Virus record (IMG/VR): IMGVR_UViG_3300035492_000143
Span: 1 to 37,168 of that record
DNA from: a virus
Taxonomy: Duplodnaviria > Caudoviricetes
Reading direction: 5' to 3' (one strand)
DNA length: 37,168 bases
Shown here: piece by piece, positions 16,737 through 25,626 of the stretch
Layout of the letters: each line of letters begins with the position of its first letter
Position numbering within the stretch: the first letter of the stretch is position 1
The notes under the pieces: generated by a model
Databases searched by the model: none
Seen by the model: the letters and a program-made list of their open reading frames with translations, nothing else
Told to the model about the DNA's origin: nothing
Position numbers and translations under genes: made by a program

Positions 16737-17037
16737 ATTCAGGACAAAAATCTATTTTACTGATTCAAATGGGAAAACCAGCCTATCAGCGTTTCTTATA
16801 GTTCACCTGAATAACATCCCTTTTAACTGTTACAAAAGCTCACATTTCTATGCGCTTGGATGATACTTGTCGCAGGGCGACCCCTTCCAGAGATCTCAGC
16901 AAATATGCATATTACTTGTTGGTCAAACGGAAAAGGATAATCGAAATGAGAAAGCTTGAAGCGGCGGATGCGGGAGGAGAATCAGCGGCTGGCCGGTGTT
17001 ACGCCAACCGCTGGTTCACGGGAGTGATTGATGCGGA

Positions 17038-17562
17038 TCAGTTCCGGGCGGTCACTTTGCCATTAACCAGATAAACAAATTCCAGCTTGCCCTTTCTTCG
17101 GTAAACCCACTGCTCCCGGTAGACGCCCGGCTGGTACTGTGATCGATTAATTTCAATCGGACGGCCCCATGCATCACGCACATCGTCTGCCGTCATGCCA
17201 AGTATCACCTGGTTGTTAAACTTGGCCGACGTGATCCGGTTTTTCTCAGCCTCTGCGCGCTCTTTTGCCTGCCGTTCGGCGCGGGCGTTTTGGGCGCGTT
17301 GTTCAACGATCCGGTCGGCCTGCTGCCGCTTCATGGCTCTTTCTTGCAGCCAGCGTTGGTTTTGCTCTTCGATGCTGCTGCGGGACTGGGGTTCGGCCGG
17401 GGCTGGTACGTGCAGTTCGATCGGGCTGTCACCGGCTGCGCAGGGAGTGCTCTGGTAGACTTTGCGGTCGCCGACGGTGCAGGTGAATACCTGGGCGGCG
17501 GCGTGCTGGGTGGTGAGTATCAGGGCGGCTGATACAGCGGCGGCAGTGAGGGTCCGTGTCAT
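17038..17562 (-). CDS. Exported protein with DUF4124-like N-domain (moron)
   Basis: Signal peptide ending AAA, then QVFTC....KVYQSTPC, a coiled coil and a GMTADDVRDAWGRP...EQWVY (BamE/SmpA-like) domain. Confidence 0.7.
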   Translation of the reverse strand: MTRTLTAAAVSAALILTTQHAAAQVFTCTVGDRKVYQSTPCAAGDSPIELHVPAPAEPQSRSSIEEQNQRWLQERAMKRQQADRIVEQRAQNARAERQAKERAEAEKNRITSAKFNNQVILGMTADDVRDAWGRPIEINRSQYQPGVYREQWVYRRKGKLEFVYLVNGKVTARN

Positions 17563-17677
17563 TGTCTCGCTCCGTTGGGTCCATGAGATCGGTGTACATC
17601 CTGCGCTGTGCGCTCACCTGGCATTATGGTACCGCATTGAGACGGTTTTGCTACCCTGCCCTGCGTTGCCGCCGGGG

Positions 17678-18193
17678 TTATGCGGCGGCGAGGGTGGTGT
17701 GCAGCGTGTCGATGACGGCGCGGACTTGTTCGACTGTTGTCGCAGCTTCGATCTGATCAGCCGCTGCCTGTCGCTGGCCGCAGAGGTCAGGGGCTACGGC
17801 TCTCCAGGCGGTGGCGTTTGCGATGACGCGTTGGGCGAGTTCAGCGACTGTGATGCCGCGCTGGTTGGCGATGCCGGTGAGCAGCGGCGTAGGGGCGCCT
17901 GGGTCAGCCTGATACGCCAGCGCTTCGGCTTCTTGATCCTGCCACGTATCGCGCTCGAACCACGGGTAGCGTCCGGCGATGGCGTTTGCGCGATCTTCGA
18001 AGATATGAACCAGATCATCCAGTGCCTGCTGTTTGACTGCTGCCAGATCAGGCACGTAGGGCTGGGGCGCTGGGGGCTGATACAGTTCCAGCACAGCCGG
18101 TGGGCGGTCGGGGTGGAAGCTGGATTTGAGTTCGTTTTGCCACTGGCGGTGGGTTTTGATTTCGCCGGTCGCGGTGTGTTGATAGCGGTTCAT
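17678..18193 (-). CDS. Tail fibre assembly/chaperone-like protein
   Basis: YP..ERDTW..QEAEALAY.ADP.APTPLL..IA..RG pattern common after tail fibre genes. Confidence 0.6.
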   Translation of the reverse strand: MNRYQHTATGEIKTHRQWQNELKSSFHPDRPPAVLELYQPPAPQPYVPDLAAVKQQALDDLVHIFEDRANAIAGRYPWFERDTWQDQEAEALAYQADPGAPTPLLTGIANQRGITVAELAQRVIANATAWRAVAPDLCGQRQAAADQIEAATTVEQVRAVIDTLHTTLAAA

Positions 18194-18242
18194 GGGGTAT
18201 CCTGCGTTGATTCAGTGGATTGATGATGCACAGGAGGTGCGT

Positions 18243-18428
18243 ATGCCGACGATTACCCGCCGCGCTGGTGATACCATTGCCATTGGCGACCAGATTAAGA
18301 TCACTGTTACTCACAGCCAAAAAGGCCAGGTGAAGCTGGCGATCGAAGCGCCGGATGATGTTGTGGTGCTGAGGGAAGAGGTGTTGCTGAGAACCGAGAA
18401 GGATCAGTTTAAACTCCATGCTGAGTAG
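18243..18428 (+). CDS. csrA: CsrA/RsmA family RNA-binding protein homologue
   Basis: MPTITRRAGDTIAIGDQIKITV....GQVKLAIEAPDDVVVLREEV aligns with the CsrA consensus; CAGGAGGT RBS. Confidence 0.88.
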   Translation: MPTITRRAGDTIAIGDQIKITVTHSQKGQVKLAIEAPDDVVVLREEVLLRTEKDQFKLHAE

Positions 18429-18994
18429 CCTGATGGCATAGGGTATGCCATGTTTGCCGGATTTGTTGTTAGCCGTATAGAATCCCCTACCGCAGCTGAC
18501 ACCCAGGCTAAAGTATACGATCCACCATCAAGCGTGGCTGATATTACGCCAAGACTTTGCCCATTCTTGAAGAATTCTAGCGTGTTATTATCGAAATCCA
18601 CACCTACACCCACTGAGTCACCGACTGTCCATGCCGGATAACCAGATGTGTATGATGTATCAAAGTAGCGATCACCATTATTTCGATACCCGTATGAGTC
18701 TGCATTCTGCCCTAGAAATGCGTATCTGCTATAACCTGTCTTAGCGATGCCAACATAAGCATTTGTCGCCTGAATGCATATGAACTCCCCATACAGAGCA
18801 CCGGCGCTTTTTGCTGAAGACGTATCCGCGCCACCGCCTCCAATTAAAGACTGAGTTTTAGTAGCAACAAAGCCCTCATCTGACAACGCAATCCTTGAAC
18901 CTGCTTTGTCAGCATCGTCCCACGGTATGTCATCTCCTACTATGCCACCCTGCTCAATCCTAATCGTGCACCGAATTGCATCTGCCCCCATCAT
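18404..18994 (-). CDS. SPRY/B30.2 (concanavalin-like) domain tail protein
   Basis: DSYGYRNNG..Y...GDSVGVGVDFDNNTLEFFKNGQSLG; visibly AT-richer than its neighbours. Confidence 0.75.
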   Translation of the reverse strand: MMGADAIRCTIRIEQGGIVGDDIPWDDADKAGSRIALSDEGFVATKTQSLIGGGGADTSSAKSAGALYGEFICIQATNAYVGIAKTGYSRYAFLGQNADSYGYRNNGDRYFDTSYTSGYPAWTVGDSVGVGVDFDNNTLEFFKNGQSLGVISATLDGGSYTLAWVSAAVGDSIRLTTNPANMAYPMPSGYSAWSLN

Positions 18995-19614
18995 GCGTGC
19001 GACCCTCCTGCCCAGCCGTATATATTGCCGCCTGCCTTTTGCGCGATCACGCAATACTCTGTGTCACCACTACTGAAATCGGGCAGGTCTGTCATCCAAT
19101 GGTCAATCCCCCATGCCGTGACAGACCAGGTTGTAGGGGTGATGTACAGCTCCTGTTTTTCGCCCTCTTCGATATCCCACGTAATTGCTGTATCGGCGGC
19201 CAGCGCCAGAAACAGGATGCCGCCGCTGGAGCGTGTGAGCGCGCCTGTTGCGACGGTTGCCACGGTATCGGTATATCGGACGATTTCGACACCGTTGAGT
19301 TTGTCGTGTGACTCGGCGGTATCGACGGATACCAGCCAGACCTCGGATACGCCGGGGTCAACTATCCAGTCGCGGGCAGGGTTGGTAGCAGCGTCTTCCG
19401 TTGCGCGGGCGATTGTGACGGCCGCGCCGACGGCGGTCACATCGACAAACTCGGTCACGGTCGGGTCGACCGGCGCGTCCTGCAGCTGCATGCGGTAGCG
19501 ATACCCCGCCGGTGGTGCCGGCGGCAGTGTTTCGGGGGTGCATTCTGTGCCGGCTGTGAGCAGCGATGCGGTCAGTTTTGACGCATAGTGATTGAGATGC
19601 TTGCGTTTAAGCAT
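18991..19614 (-). CDS. Putative tail protein
   Basis: Coupled gene in the tail operon; GAGG RBS. Confidence 0.6.
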   Translation of the reverse strand: MLKRKHLNHYASKLTASLLTAGTECTPETLPPAPPAGYRYRMQLQDAPVDPTVTEFVDVTAVGAAVTIARATEDAATNPARDWIVDPGVSEVWLVSVDTAESHDKLNGVEIVRYTDTVATVATGALTRSSGGILFLALAADTAITWDIEEGEKQELYITPTTWSVTAWGIDHWMTDLPDFSSGDTEYCVIAQKAGGNIYGWAGGSHA

Positions 19615-19629
19615 GGGGTACCTCAGGGA

Positions 19630-20550
19630 TTAATACATGGACTCTTGTCCGGGCGGGATGACGGCGGTGCGTTTGCCGGTGCGGCCATCGTATTTGCCGC
19701 CGGTGCGGATGCCGGCGGGATCATACTGGATCCAGCCGCCGTCGGATGTGGGCCGGAAAGTCCACGACACGCCGTCTTGGCATAGGGTCAGCTCTTCGTT
19801 ACAACCCAAGGCGGACGTCGGGGCGTCAGGGTCGCATTTGCTGGCGACGTAGCATCCGTTGCGGAGGGTGTATTGAGTCTTGTTATCTGACTCCCAATCG
19901 TCGCCACATATTTCTGGGGCTTCGGAAGGGCAGTAATCTGTATCCCCGAGAGTGCTGCAACTTCTCCGAAGAGCAAGCAACGCAATGTAGCTTCCGCTAT
20001 AATCAGCGTAAGTTATATTAGCTTGGTTTCCCGATGGGGTTAACTCATAAGATGTTTTGTAGGCTGGATCAGCACCAGTGGACGGTATTATATATGGCGC
20101 TGCGGCTTGGTATGCTAAAGCATGACTCGCATAATTACCCACCAGCACCAGGCCGCCCTCACCTTCCCAATAAAAACCTTGCTCCCAAGTCTCATCAGGC
20201 CCACACTCCTTACACGTTTCTGACTGGCTAAACCCACCCACAAAATTAACGCTAATCGCCTCCCCTGTCTCACAGTCGGTCACCCCCTCAGGCGTCGACT
20301 GGTACTCTTCCGGCGCGTTGCCGTCTTCACCCGTCCATGGATTGCGGGCGTCGGGATCATCTTCGATCACGCCGTTGTTTTCGGGGTCGCAGCAGGTTTC
20401 GCGTTCGTCATCCTGAATGCCGCCGGCTTCGGTGTAGATGCCGGGGATGGTGCCTCGAGTGCGCAGGTCTTTGAGTTTTGACTTGACGACTTCGGGGCTC
20501 CAGGCGATCTCTTGGATGTAACGCGCCAGGGTTGCAAAATCAGTGCTCAT
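19630..20550 (-). CDS. Cys-rich putative tail tip / receptor-binding protein
   Basis: 306 aa with 12 Cys; follows the large tail protein. Confidence 0.55.
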   Translation of the reverse strand: MSTDFATLARYIQEIAWSPEVVKSKLKDLRTRGTIPGIYTEAGGIQDDERETCCDPENNGVIEDDPDARNPWTGEDGNAPEEYQSTPEGVTDCETGEAISVNFVGGFSQSETCKECGPDETWEQGFYWEGEGGLVLVGNYASHALAYQAAAPYIIPSTGADPAYKTSYELTPSGNQANITYADYSGSYIALLALRRSCSTLGDTDYCPSEAPEICGDDWESDNKTQYTLRNGCYVASKCDPDAPTSALGCNEELTLCQDGVSWTFRPTSDGGWIQYDPAGIRTGGKYDGRTGKRTAVIPPGQESMY

Positions 20551-20551
20551 G

Positions 20552-22519
20552 TCAGTGTCCGTTGATCAGGGTGATGCCGGTGGTTTCGAGCGGGATTTCG
20601 AACGTGGCTTTGATCGGGTCGGGCTTGCGCTCGTCGGTGTACTGCTCGGGGATTTCGGCCACGTTGATTTCCAGCGCTTTTGTGTCGGGGTTGTAGCCGG
20701 CGGTGCTTTCAAGCGTTGTGTCGGTGCCCGGTTTAGCCGGTGCCGCGGGTTGCACGATGTTTTTCACCGGGGCCGGTACGCTGGTATCCATGTACGCGAC
20801 AGCGATGCGCAGCTGGGTTTCGCGGATGCCGTCGCCGAAGCGCCAGTTGATGCCGACTATTTGGCCAGTGGTGGTGGGTACGCGGGTTTCGATGCGCACC
20901 ACCTGCCCCAGCTCGGCTGGCAGGATGCGGTTTTTCAGCACGGCGGTGACATAGTTTTGCCGGTGGTTTTTGATCAGCTCTTTTTCACCGATGGCGACCG
21001 CTGCCGCGAAGGCTTCGGCCAGGTCGGTGCGGCGGTTGTCGGCTTCGGCGCGGGCGGCGCTGATGCGCTGGACCAGTGGTGCGCCGGTGTCGCCCTGCCC
21101 TTTCGCTGCGCTGACGTGGCTGAAGTCGGTTTCCCACTTGCTGCTGTCGTACTCGGTGTCGATCGCATAGCTGAGCGTGCTGCCGGGTACGGTTTCGCCG
21201 TAGGCGTCAATGCTCTGCGGGGCGGTCAGCGTGATCTCGTAGTCTTCGGTAACCGGCTGCGAGATGTTGCGCACCAGGTTGGCACTGAAGCCGCGGCAGC
21301 GGGCGGGCATTTCGCTGGTCCATGCCACGCGGGCCTGCCCGATGCCGGGCACGAAGTAGTAGTTGAACGCTGGGAATATCTCGTAGCTGAGGGTTTCCCA
21401 CGGGTCGAACGACTGGGCCTTTTCGATCATCGCATCGCGGTTGAACACTCGCCAGTCTACGATCTGGACGGATGAGTTCAGCGCTGGGTTGTAGTAGCTG
21501 CCCAGTATCAGCTGCTGCTCTTTCTGGGCATGGACGTTGGTATAAAACGCCTGCAGTAGCTGGTAGCGGTACTGCAGCTTGATGGTGATCTGGTTGTAGA
21601 TCTGGTCCAGCGTTGCGAATTCGGTGGTCAGGTCTTGGTTGTGTACGTCGGCGTTTGTCAGCGTCCAGTCGACCGGTTTACCCGCGGTGCCCCAGCTGTA
21701 GTAGTGCAGATCACCGGCGCGGGTGTACGCGAGCGAGCCGGGCACGGTGCGCATGAGCTCGCGCACGTAGTCGGCCCCTTCGGCGTCTTCGGCCTGGGTG
21801 ACTTTGCTGTAGAGTGCGCCGGTCAGGGCGCGCAGCTGGTCTTTGTCCTCTTTTGCCAGGCGCTTGCCGCGCAGGTCTGAGCATTCAAACTGGATGCCTT
21901 TGCGGGTGTGGTCGTGCGTGGCGCGGTTGACGCGGCCGGTGATCAGCGGGATCAGCGGGTTGTCGAGCGTGGGCCGTGGACGCTTGCCGGTGACGGGATC
22001 GACCGGGCTGTCGGCGTGGGTGTAGACCTCGACGGTTTTGCCGTTAAACGCGGGCACGATGATCTGCTCGTCAATCGGGAAGTGCGCGAAGAAGCTGCCG
22101 GTGGCGTTGCCGTCTTCGGCGTGATTGACGGTGATGTTGCTTAGGCTGACATGATGCGTGAACGGCTGGCCGTTGATGATCACATAGCACTTGGGTACGT
22201 GCTGACGCGCCACGGGCACGGTGGCGTCGATCACGCGCTGCAGCAGGCGCAGCTGGCCTGCGGGCTGGATTTTGAGTACCTGCTGACGCAGTACCAGCTC
22301 GCCGGCGGCTTGAGCGTAGCGGGTCTGTACATCCTGATACAGCAGCAGCTCGCCTGCTGGTTGTGGCTGGGCCACCACTTGCTTGAGCGCAAGCGCGCCC
22401 TCTGCCTGCACGGCGGCCACGGTCTGGCGGATAACCAAGGCTCCGGCGGGCTGGGCGATGGCGTCCAGCACGTAGCCGGCAAGCGGCGCGGTGGCAAGCG
22501 GGCGTGAGGCGAGCGGCAT
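20552..22519 (-). CDS. Large tail tip (hub-like) protein
   Basis: 655 aa, two genes after the tape measure; N-terminal short repeats. Confidence 0.65.
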   Translation of the reverse strand: MPLASRPLATAPLAGYVLDAIAQPAGALVIRQTVAAVQAEGALALKQVVAQPQPAGELLLYQDVQTRYAQAAGELVLRQQVLKIQPAGQLRLLQRVIDATVPVARQHVPKCYVIINGQPFTHHVSLSNITVNHAEDGNATGSFFAHFPIDEQIIVPAFNGKTVEVYTHADSPVDPVTGKRPRPTLDNPLIPLITGRVNRATHDHTRKGIQFECSDLRGKRLAKEDKDQLRALTGALYSKVTQAEDAEGADYVRELMRTVPGSLAYTRAGDLHYYSWGTAGKPVDWTLTNADVHNQDLTTEFATLDQIYNQITIKLQYRYQLLQAFYTNVHAQKEQQLILGSYYNPALNSSVQIVDWRVFNRDAMIEKAQSFDPWETLSYEIFPAFNYYFVPGIGQARVAWTSEMPARCRGFSANLVRNISQPVTEDYEITLTAPQSIDAYGETVPGSTLSYAIDTEYDSSKWETDFSHVSAAKGQGDTGAPLVQRISAARAEADNRRTDLAEAFAAAVAIGEKELIKNHRQNYVTAVLKNRILPAELGQVVRIETRVPTTTGQIVGINWRFGDGIRETQLRIAVAYMDTSVPAPVKNIVQPAAPAKPGTDTTLESTAGYNPDTKALEINVAEIPEQYTDERKPDPIKATFEIPLETTGITLINGH

Positions 22520-22522
22520 GGG

Positions 22523-22972
22523 TTACTCTACGTCGGTGATCAGGATTTCGGGGTATGCAAGGCTCAGATCGGTGCGGGTGCTGCGCACCAGATAGGCGTT
22601 GGTGACGCGCATGTGCACCTCTTTTTTCCCGCTGACGCCGCTGGTGAGCACGGTGCCCAGTGCCAGGGCTTGCCCGGCTGTTGCGGTGTCGAGACCGGCG
22701 AGCGTGGTGGCGAGTTTGATTTCGCTTACTTCGTGCTCGCTGCCAGGCGCAACATCAGTCGGGGTGAAGGTGAAGTTGGCAACGCCGGGGTCGCTGCGCA
22801 CTTTGGCTTCATGGATGCCGTTGTCAGCTACATCGCCGGTGACTTCGGCCCAGTAGAACACGACATCTTGCGGGCCTTCGCTGCCGTCGGTGTAGTGCAG
22901 CAGGTCGAGCGGGTTGGCCAGTTCCTGCGTGCACGCGGCGTCGGCGTAGGCCTTCCAGATTGGGTCTGCCAT
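22523..22972 (-). CDS. Putative minor tail protein
   Basis: Directly follows the tape measure; CAGGA RBS. Confidence 0.6.
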   Translation of the reverse strand: MADPIWKAYADAACTQELANPLDLLHYTDGSEGPQDVVFYWAEVTGDVADNGIHEAKVRSDPGVANFTFTPTDVAPGSEHEVSEIKLATTLAGLDTATAGQALALGTVLTSGVSGKKEVHMRVTNAYLVRSTRTDLSLAYPEILITDVE

Positions 22973-23002
22973 TGGTTTGTTCCTGCTGGCTGGTTGTTAG
23001 GG

Positions 23003-24970
23003 TTAAGCGGTTTGCATGCGGGCTTGGCCGAGCATGGCGGTCAGGCTTTTTAGTAGCTGGGCGTCGCCTTCGACGGGGCCAGAGACTGAGCCCTCGCCTT
23101 CTTTTGTGACGGTGATGTTGATGGAGCCCAGGTTGGGGGCTTTGTCTGCGTTGGCTTTTTCGGCGGCCTTGCGCTGGCGTTCGTACTCGGCGGTGACGTC
23201 TTCGGCGTTGGTGCCTGACCAGGTGCTGGTTTTGCCGCCGGCGGTGACTTCGGCGATGGATTTGCCGGAGGTGTCGAGGCCGAGCATTTTGTTGACCTGC
23301 TCGCTGAGTTTCAGAGAGCTTTCGGCCAGCACTGTGAATGTGCGGCCATCAAGTCCAAAGGAGGCCATGGCTTCAGTCGAACTCATCTCTTTCTTCGCGG
23401 CTTTGTCTAGATCACCAAACTGCGCGGTGGCCATGCTTTCCATACGCTTGATGATTTGCTCCATTCCGACAACATCGTAATTATGCCGCGTGTCCTTGAG
23501 GGCAAACTCATAGCTTTGCTTCATCTGGTTCAGCCACGCCTGGGCGTTGACCGCATCGCCATCTTTGATCCGAGCATCAGCGGCGCGTACTGCCTGATTG
23601 AAGTTGTAGTTCTTCTCGATCGGGCCGTCTGTTTTGCGCTGAGGCTCTTTGATGCCCATGATGTCATTGAAGAGCTTTTGCCCTTCACTGCCCATCTTGG
23701 CTGCGTTGCCCATCTGCTCCAGATACTGGCCGGCTGTCATCGCAGCAGTGCCGAGGTCGTTCAGCCCATTGCGGGCATGTTCACCTTCGGGGGTTGCGGT
23801 TACATCGCCGGTGCCTGGCTCAGGGATTGAGTCGAGGAAACGCTGAAGAAACTCATCTACGTTTGTGGTGAAGTCATCCTTGATGCGGTCGACTTTGTCA
23901 CCGGCTTGATTGATTTCAGCGCCCAGTTCAACCGAGCGCGCAGCCATAGCCTTGGTGAATTTTTCGGTTATGGCATCGTCAAACTCGATGCCGAATTTCT
24001 TCGCCCACATTGATGGGGTTGCCATTGTGGCAAGCGCACCGACTACACCCATGAAATCAACGGCCGCTTTCTCTGCTTTAAGGAAGCCGGTTTCGATCTC
24101 GATGATGGCTGTATAGAAGTTCGCGCCAGCCTTGATGCCCCATGCCATGCCACGCACGATGGTGTTGGCAGCAGAGTACGCAGCGCCGTCCAGACCGCCC
24201 ATACCGAGTACCAGCTCTTCAACGTAGCGCAGGATCTCGGTGAATGGGCCCGACAGGTATACAGTCAGCTTCTGGCCGAATCCCTGCGCCAGCATGCCGA
24301 GGTCTGTTTTGGCATCGTTGTAGGCTTCGACCATTGCGGCCTGCTGGCGAGTAATGGCAATGCCCATGCGGTCGAACTTCTGTTCTGCCGCTTCAAGGTC
24401 ACTGACCAGCGTGTTGACCAGTGAGACGCCCTCACTGTCAAACAGCTTCATGGCCAGACGCACGCGGTCGCCCTGGTTTTCAACTGCTTTCATCGCTTCG
24501 GCGATAGCGTAGAACTGCTTGTCGGGTGACATCTGCGCCAGCTGCTTGGCGTCAAGGCGCAGCTCTTGCAGTGCTTTGACTGCCTCGCCTGTACCCTGGG
24601 CAGCCTCGGCCACACGCCGTGTCATTCGCTGGGTCGCCATATCCAGCGTACCCATGCTCACGCCGGTCAGTTCCGCCTGATAGCGCATCAGCTGCAGGGC
24701 TTCTGGCACCAGACCCAGTTTGTCGGATGTTTTGGCCAGTTGGTCGATGGCAGCGGAGTGCTTTTCGACCGTTGCAATAACGGCAATGCCTGCACCGGTC
24801 GCAGCGGCACTCACAGCCAAGAACGAAGCCGCGCCAATTTTGGCGGTCTTCTGCATGGTCTGGGACCAGTCCTGTGCGCCCTTCTTGGTCTTGTTCAGCT
24901 CTGATACCAGCTGTGCCGAGTTGGCACCCAGAGTGACGACCAGTGCGCCGATCGTTGCTTTCTTGGCCAT
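23003..24970 (-). CDS. Tail tape measure protein
   Basis: IGALVVTLGANSAQ N-terminus; Ala-rich helical protein after the tail chaperones. Confidence 0.88.
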   Translation of the reverse strand: MAKKATIGALVVTLGANSAQLVSELNKTKKGAQDWSQTMQKTAKIGAASFLAVSAAATGAGIAVIATVEKHSAAIDQLAKTSDKLGLVPEALQLMRYQAELTGVSMGTLDMATQRMTRRVAEAAQGTGEAVKALQELRLDAKQLAQMSPDKQFYAIAEAMKAVENQGDRVRLAMKLFDSEGVSLVNTLVSDLEAAEQKFDRMGIAITRQQAAMVEAYNDAKTDLGMLAQGFGQKLTVYLSGPFTEILRYVEELVLGMGGLDGAAYSAANTIVRGMAWGIKAGANFYTAIIEIETGFLKAEKAAVDFMGVVGALATMATPSMWAKKFGIEFDDAITEKFTKAMAARSVELGAEINQAGDKVDRIKDDFTTNVDEFLQRFLDSIPEPGTGDVTATPEGEHARNGLNDLGTAAMTAGQYLEQMGNAAKMGSEGQKLFNDIMGIKEPQRKTDGPIEKNYNFNQAVRAADARIKDGDAVNAQAWLNQMKQSYEFALKDTRHNYDVVGMEQIIKRMESMATAQFGDLDKAAKKEMSSTEAMASFGLDGRTFTVLAESSLKLSEQVNKMLGLDTSGKSIAEVTAGGKTSTWSGTNAEDVTAEYERQRKAAEKANADKAPNLGSINITVTKEGEGSVSGPVEGDAQLLKSLTAMLGQARMQTA

Positions 24971-24973
24971 GGG

Positions 24974-25216
24974 TTATCGCCGCTTGCGGATGGTGGGTTC
25001 TGAAAGTTGCTGTTCAAGCCAGGCGGCTTGTTCTTCCGGGGTACGCAGGGTTTGCATGAGGGTGTCGCGGTATTCCTGATCGTGCAGGCGCTCCATTGCG
25101 AGCCATTCCTGCAGCTCGTCCGGTGAGTAGGTTTGCTCTATCTCTCGGACGCTTTTGCCGTGCCGGTCCGCCAGTCGGAATAAAAACTGTCTGTACGGCC
25201 GGATCAGGAGTTTTTT
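24974..25216 (-). CDS. Tail chaperone GT extension via -1 programmed frameshift
   Basis: Slippery A AAA AAC at 25216-25210 just before the G stop; the -1 frame reads LLIRPYRQFLFRLADRHGKSVREIE...DELQEW... to TAA at 24974. Confidence 0.8.
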   Translation of the reverse strand, partial: KKLLIRPYRQFLFRLADRHGKSVREIEQTYSPDELQEWLAMERLHDQEYRDTLMQTLRTPEEQAAWLEQQLSEPTIRKRR

Positions 25217-25563
25217 GCGATTTCGTCCTGAGCACCCTGTGTGATCGGGTTCAGTTCTGCCGCTGCGTTGAACAAGCGGTTCATGGGCGCGTGGGACTTC
25301 TTGGTCAGGGCGTCAATGTCCTTGACGGTGAAGATCGGCTCCAGCGTTTCCGGATCCACCACACTCAGCGCAACGATGGCGGCACGGGTGTCCATGTGCG
25401 GCTTTTTGCGGTTGGCGAAAATGAACTTGTCGAACTCATCACGCTGCCGGGCTGACCAGGTGGCAACTGTCAGTTCTGCGCCCTCTTTCCACTCGGGCAC
25501 TGGTACGGTTTCGGTTTTGCGGTCGACAGCGGACAGAATCTCATCACGGGTGAGGGTGGTCAT
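25204..25563 (-). CDS. Tail assembly chaperone (G-like)
   Basis: LTRDEILSA..ETV.VPEW pattern; between the major tail and tape measure genes. Confidence 0.85.
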   Translation of the reverse strand: MTTLTRDEILSAVDRKTETVPVPEWKEGAELTVATWSARQRDEFDKFIFANRKKPHMDTRAAIVALSVVDPETLEPIFTVKDIDALTKKSHAPMNRLFNAAAELNPITQGAQDEIAKNS

Positions 25564-25626
25564 GGGCTACCTCAAGGTGTCTGTTCAGATTGCAGAAGGG
25601 GTGCACCGGCCACAGGGGCCGGTGGG

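Noticed and set aside
17678-22519. Diversity-generating retroelement or invertible tail-fibre shufflon
   Set aside because: No reverse transcriptase or invertase, and I saw no template/variable repeat pair or inverted crossover sites.
25210-25216. Frameshift as a mutation or novelty
   Set aside because: This is the standard programmed -1 G/GT tail-chaperone frameshift of long-tailed phages.
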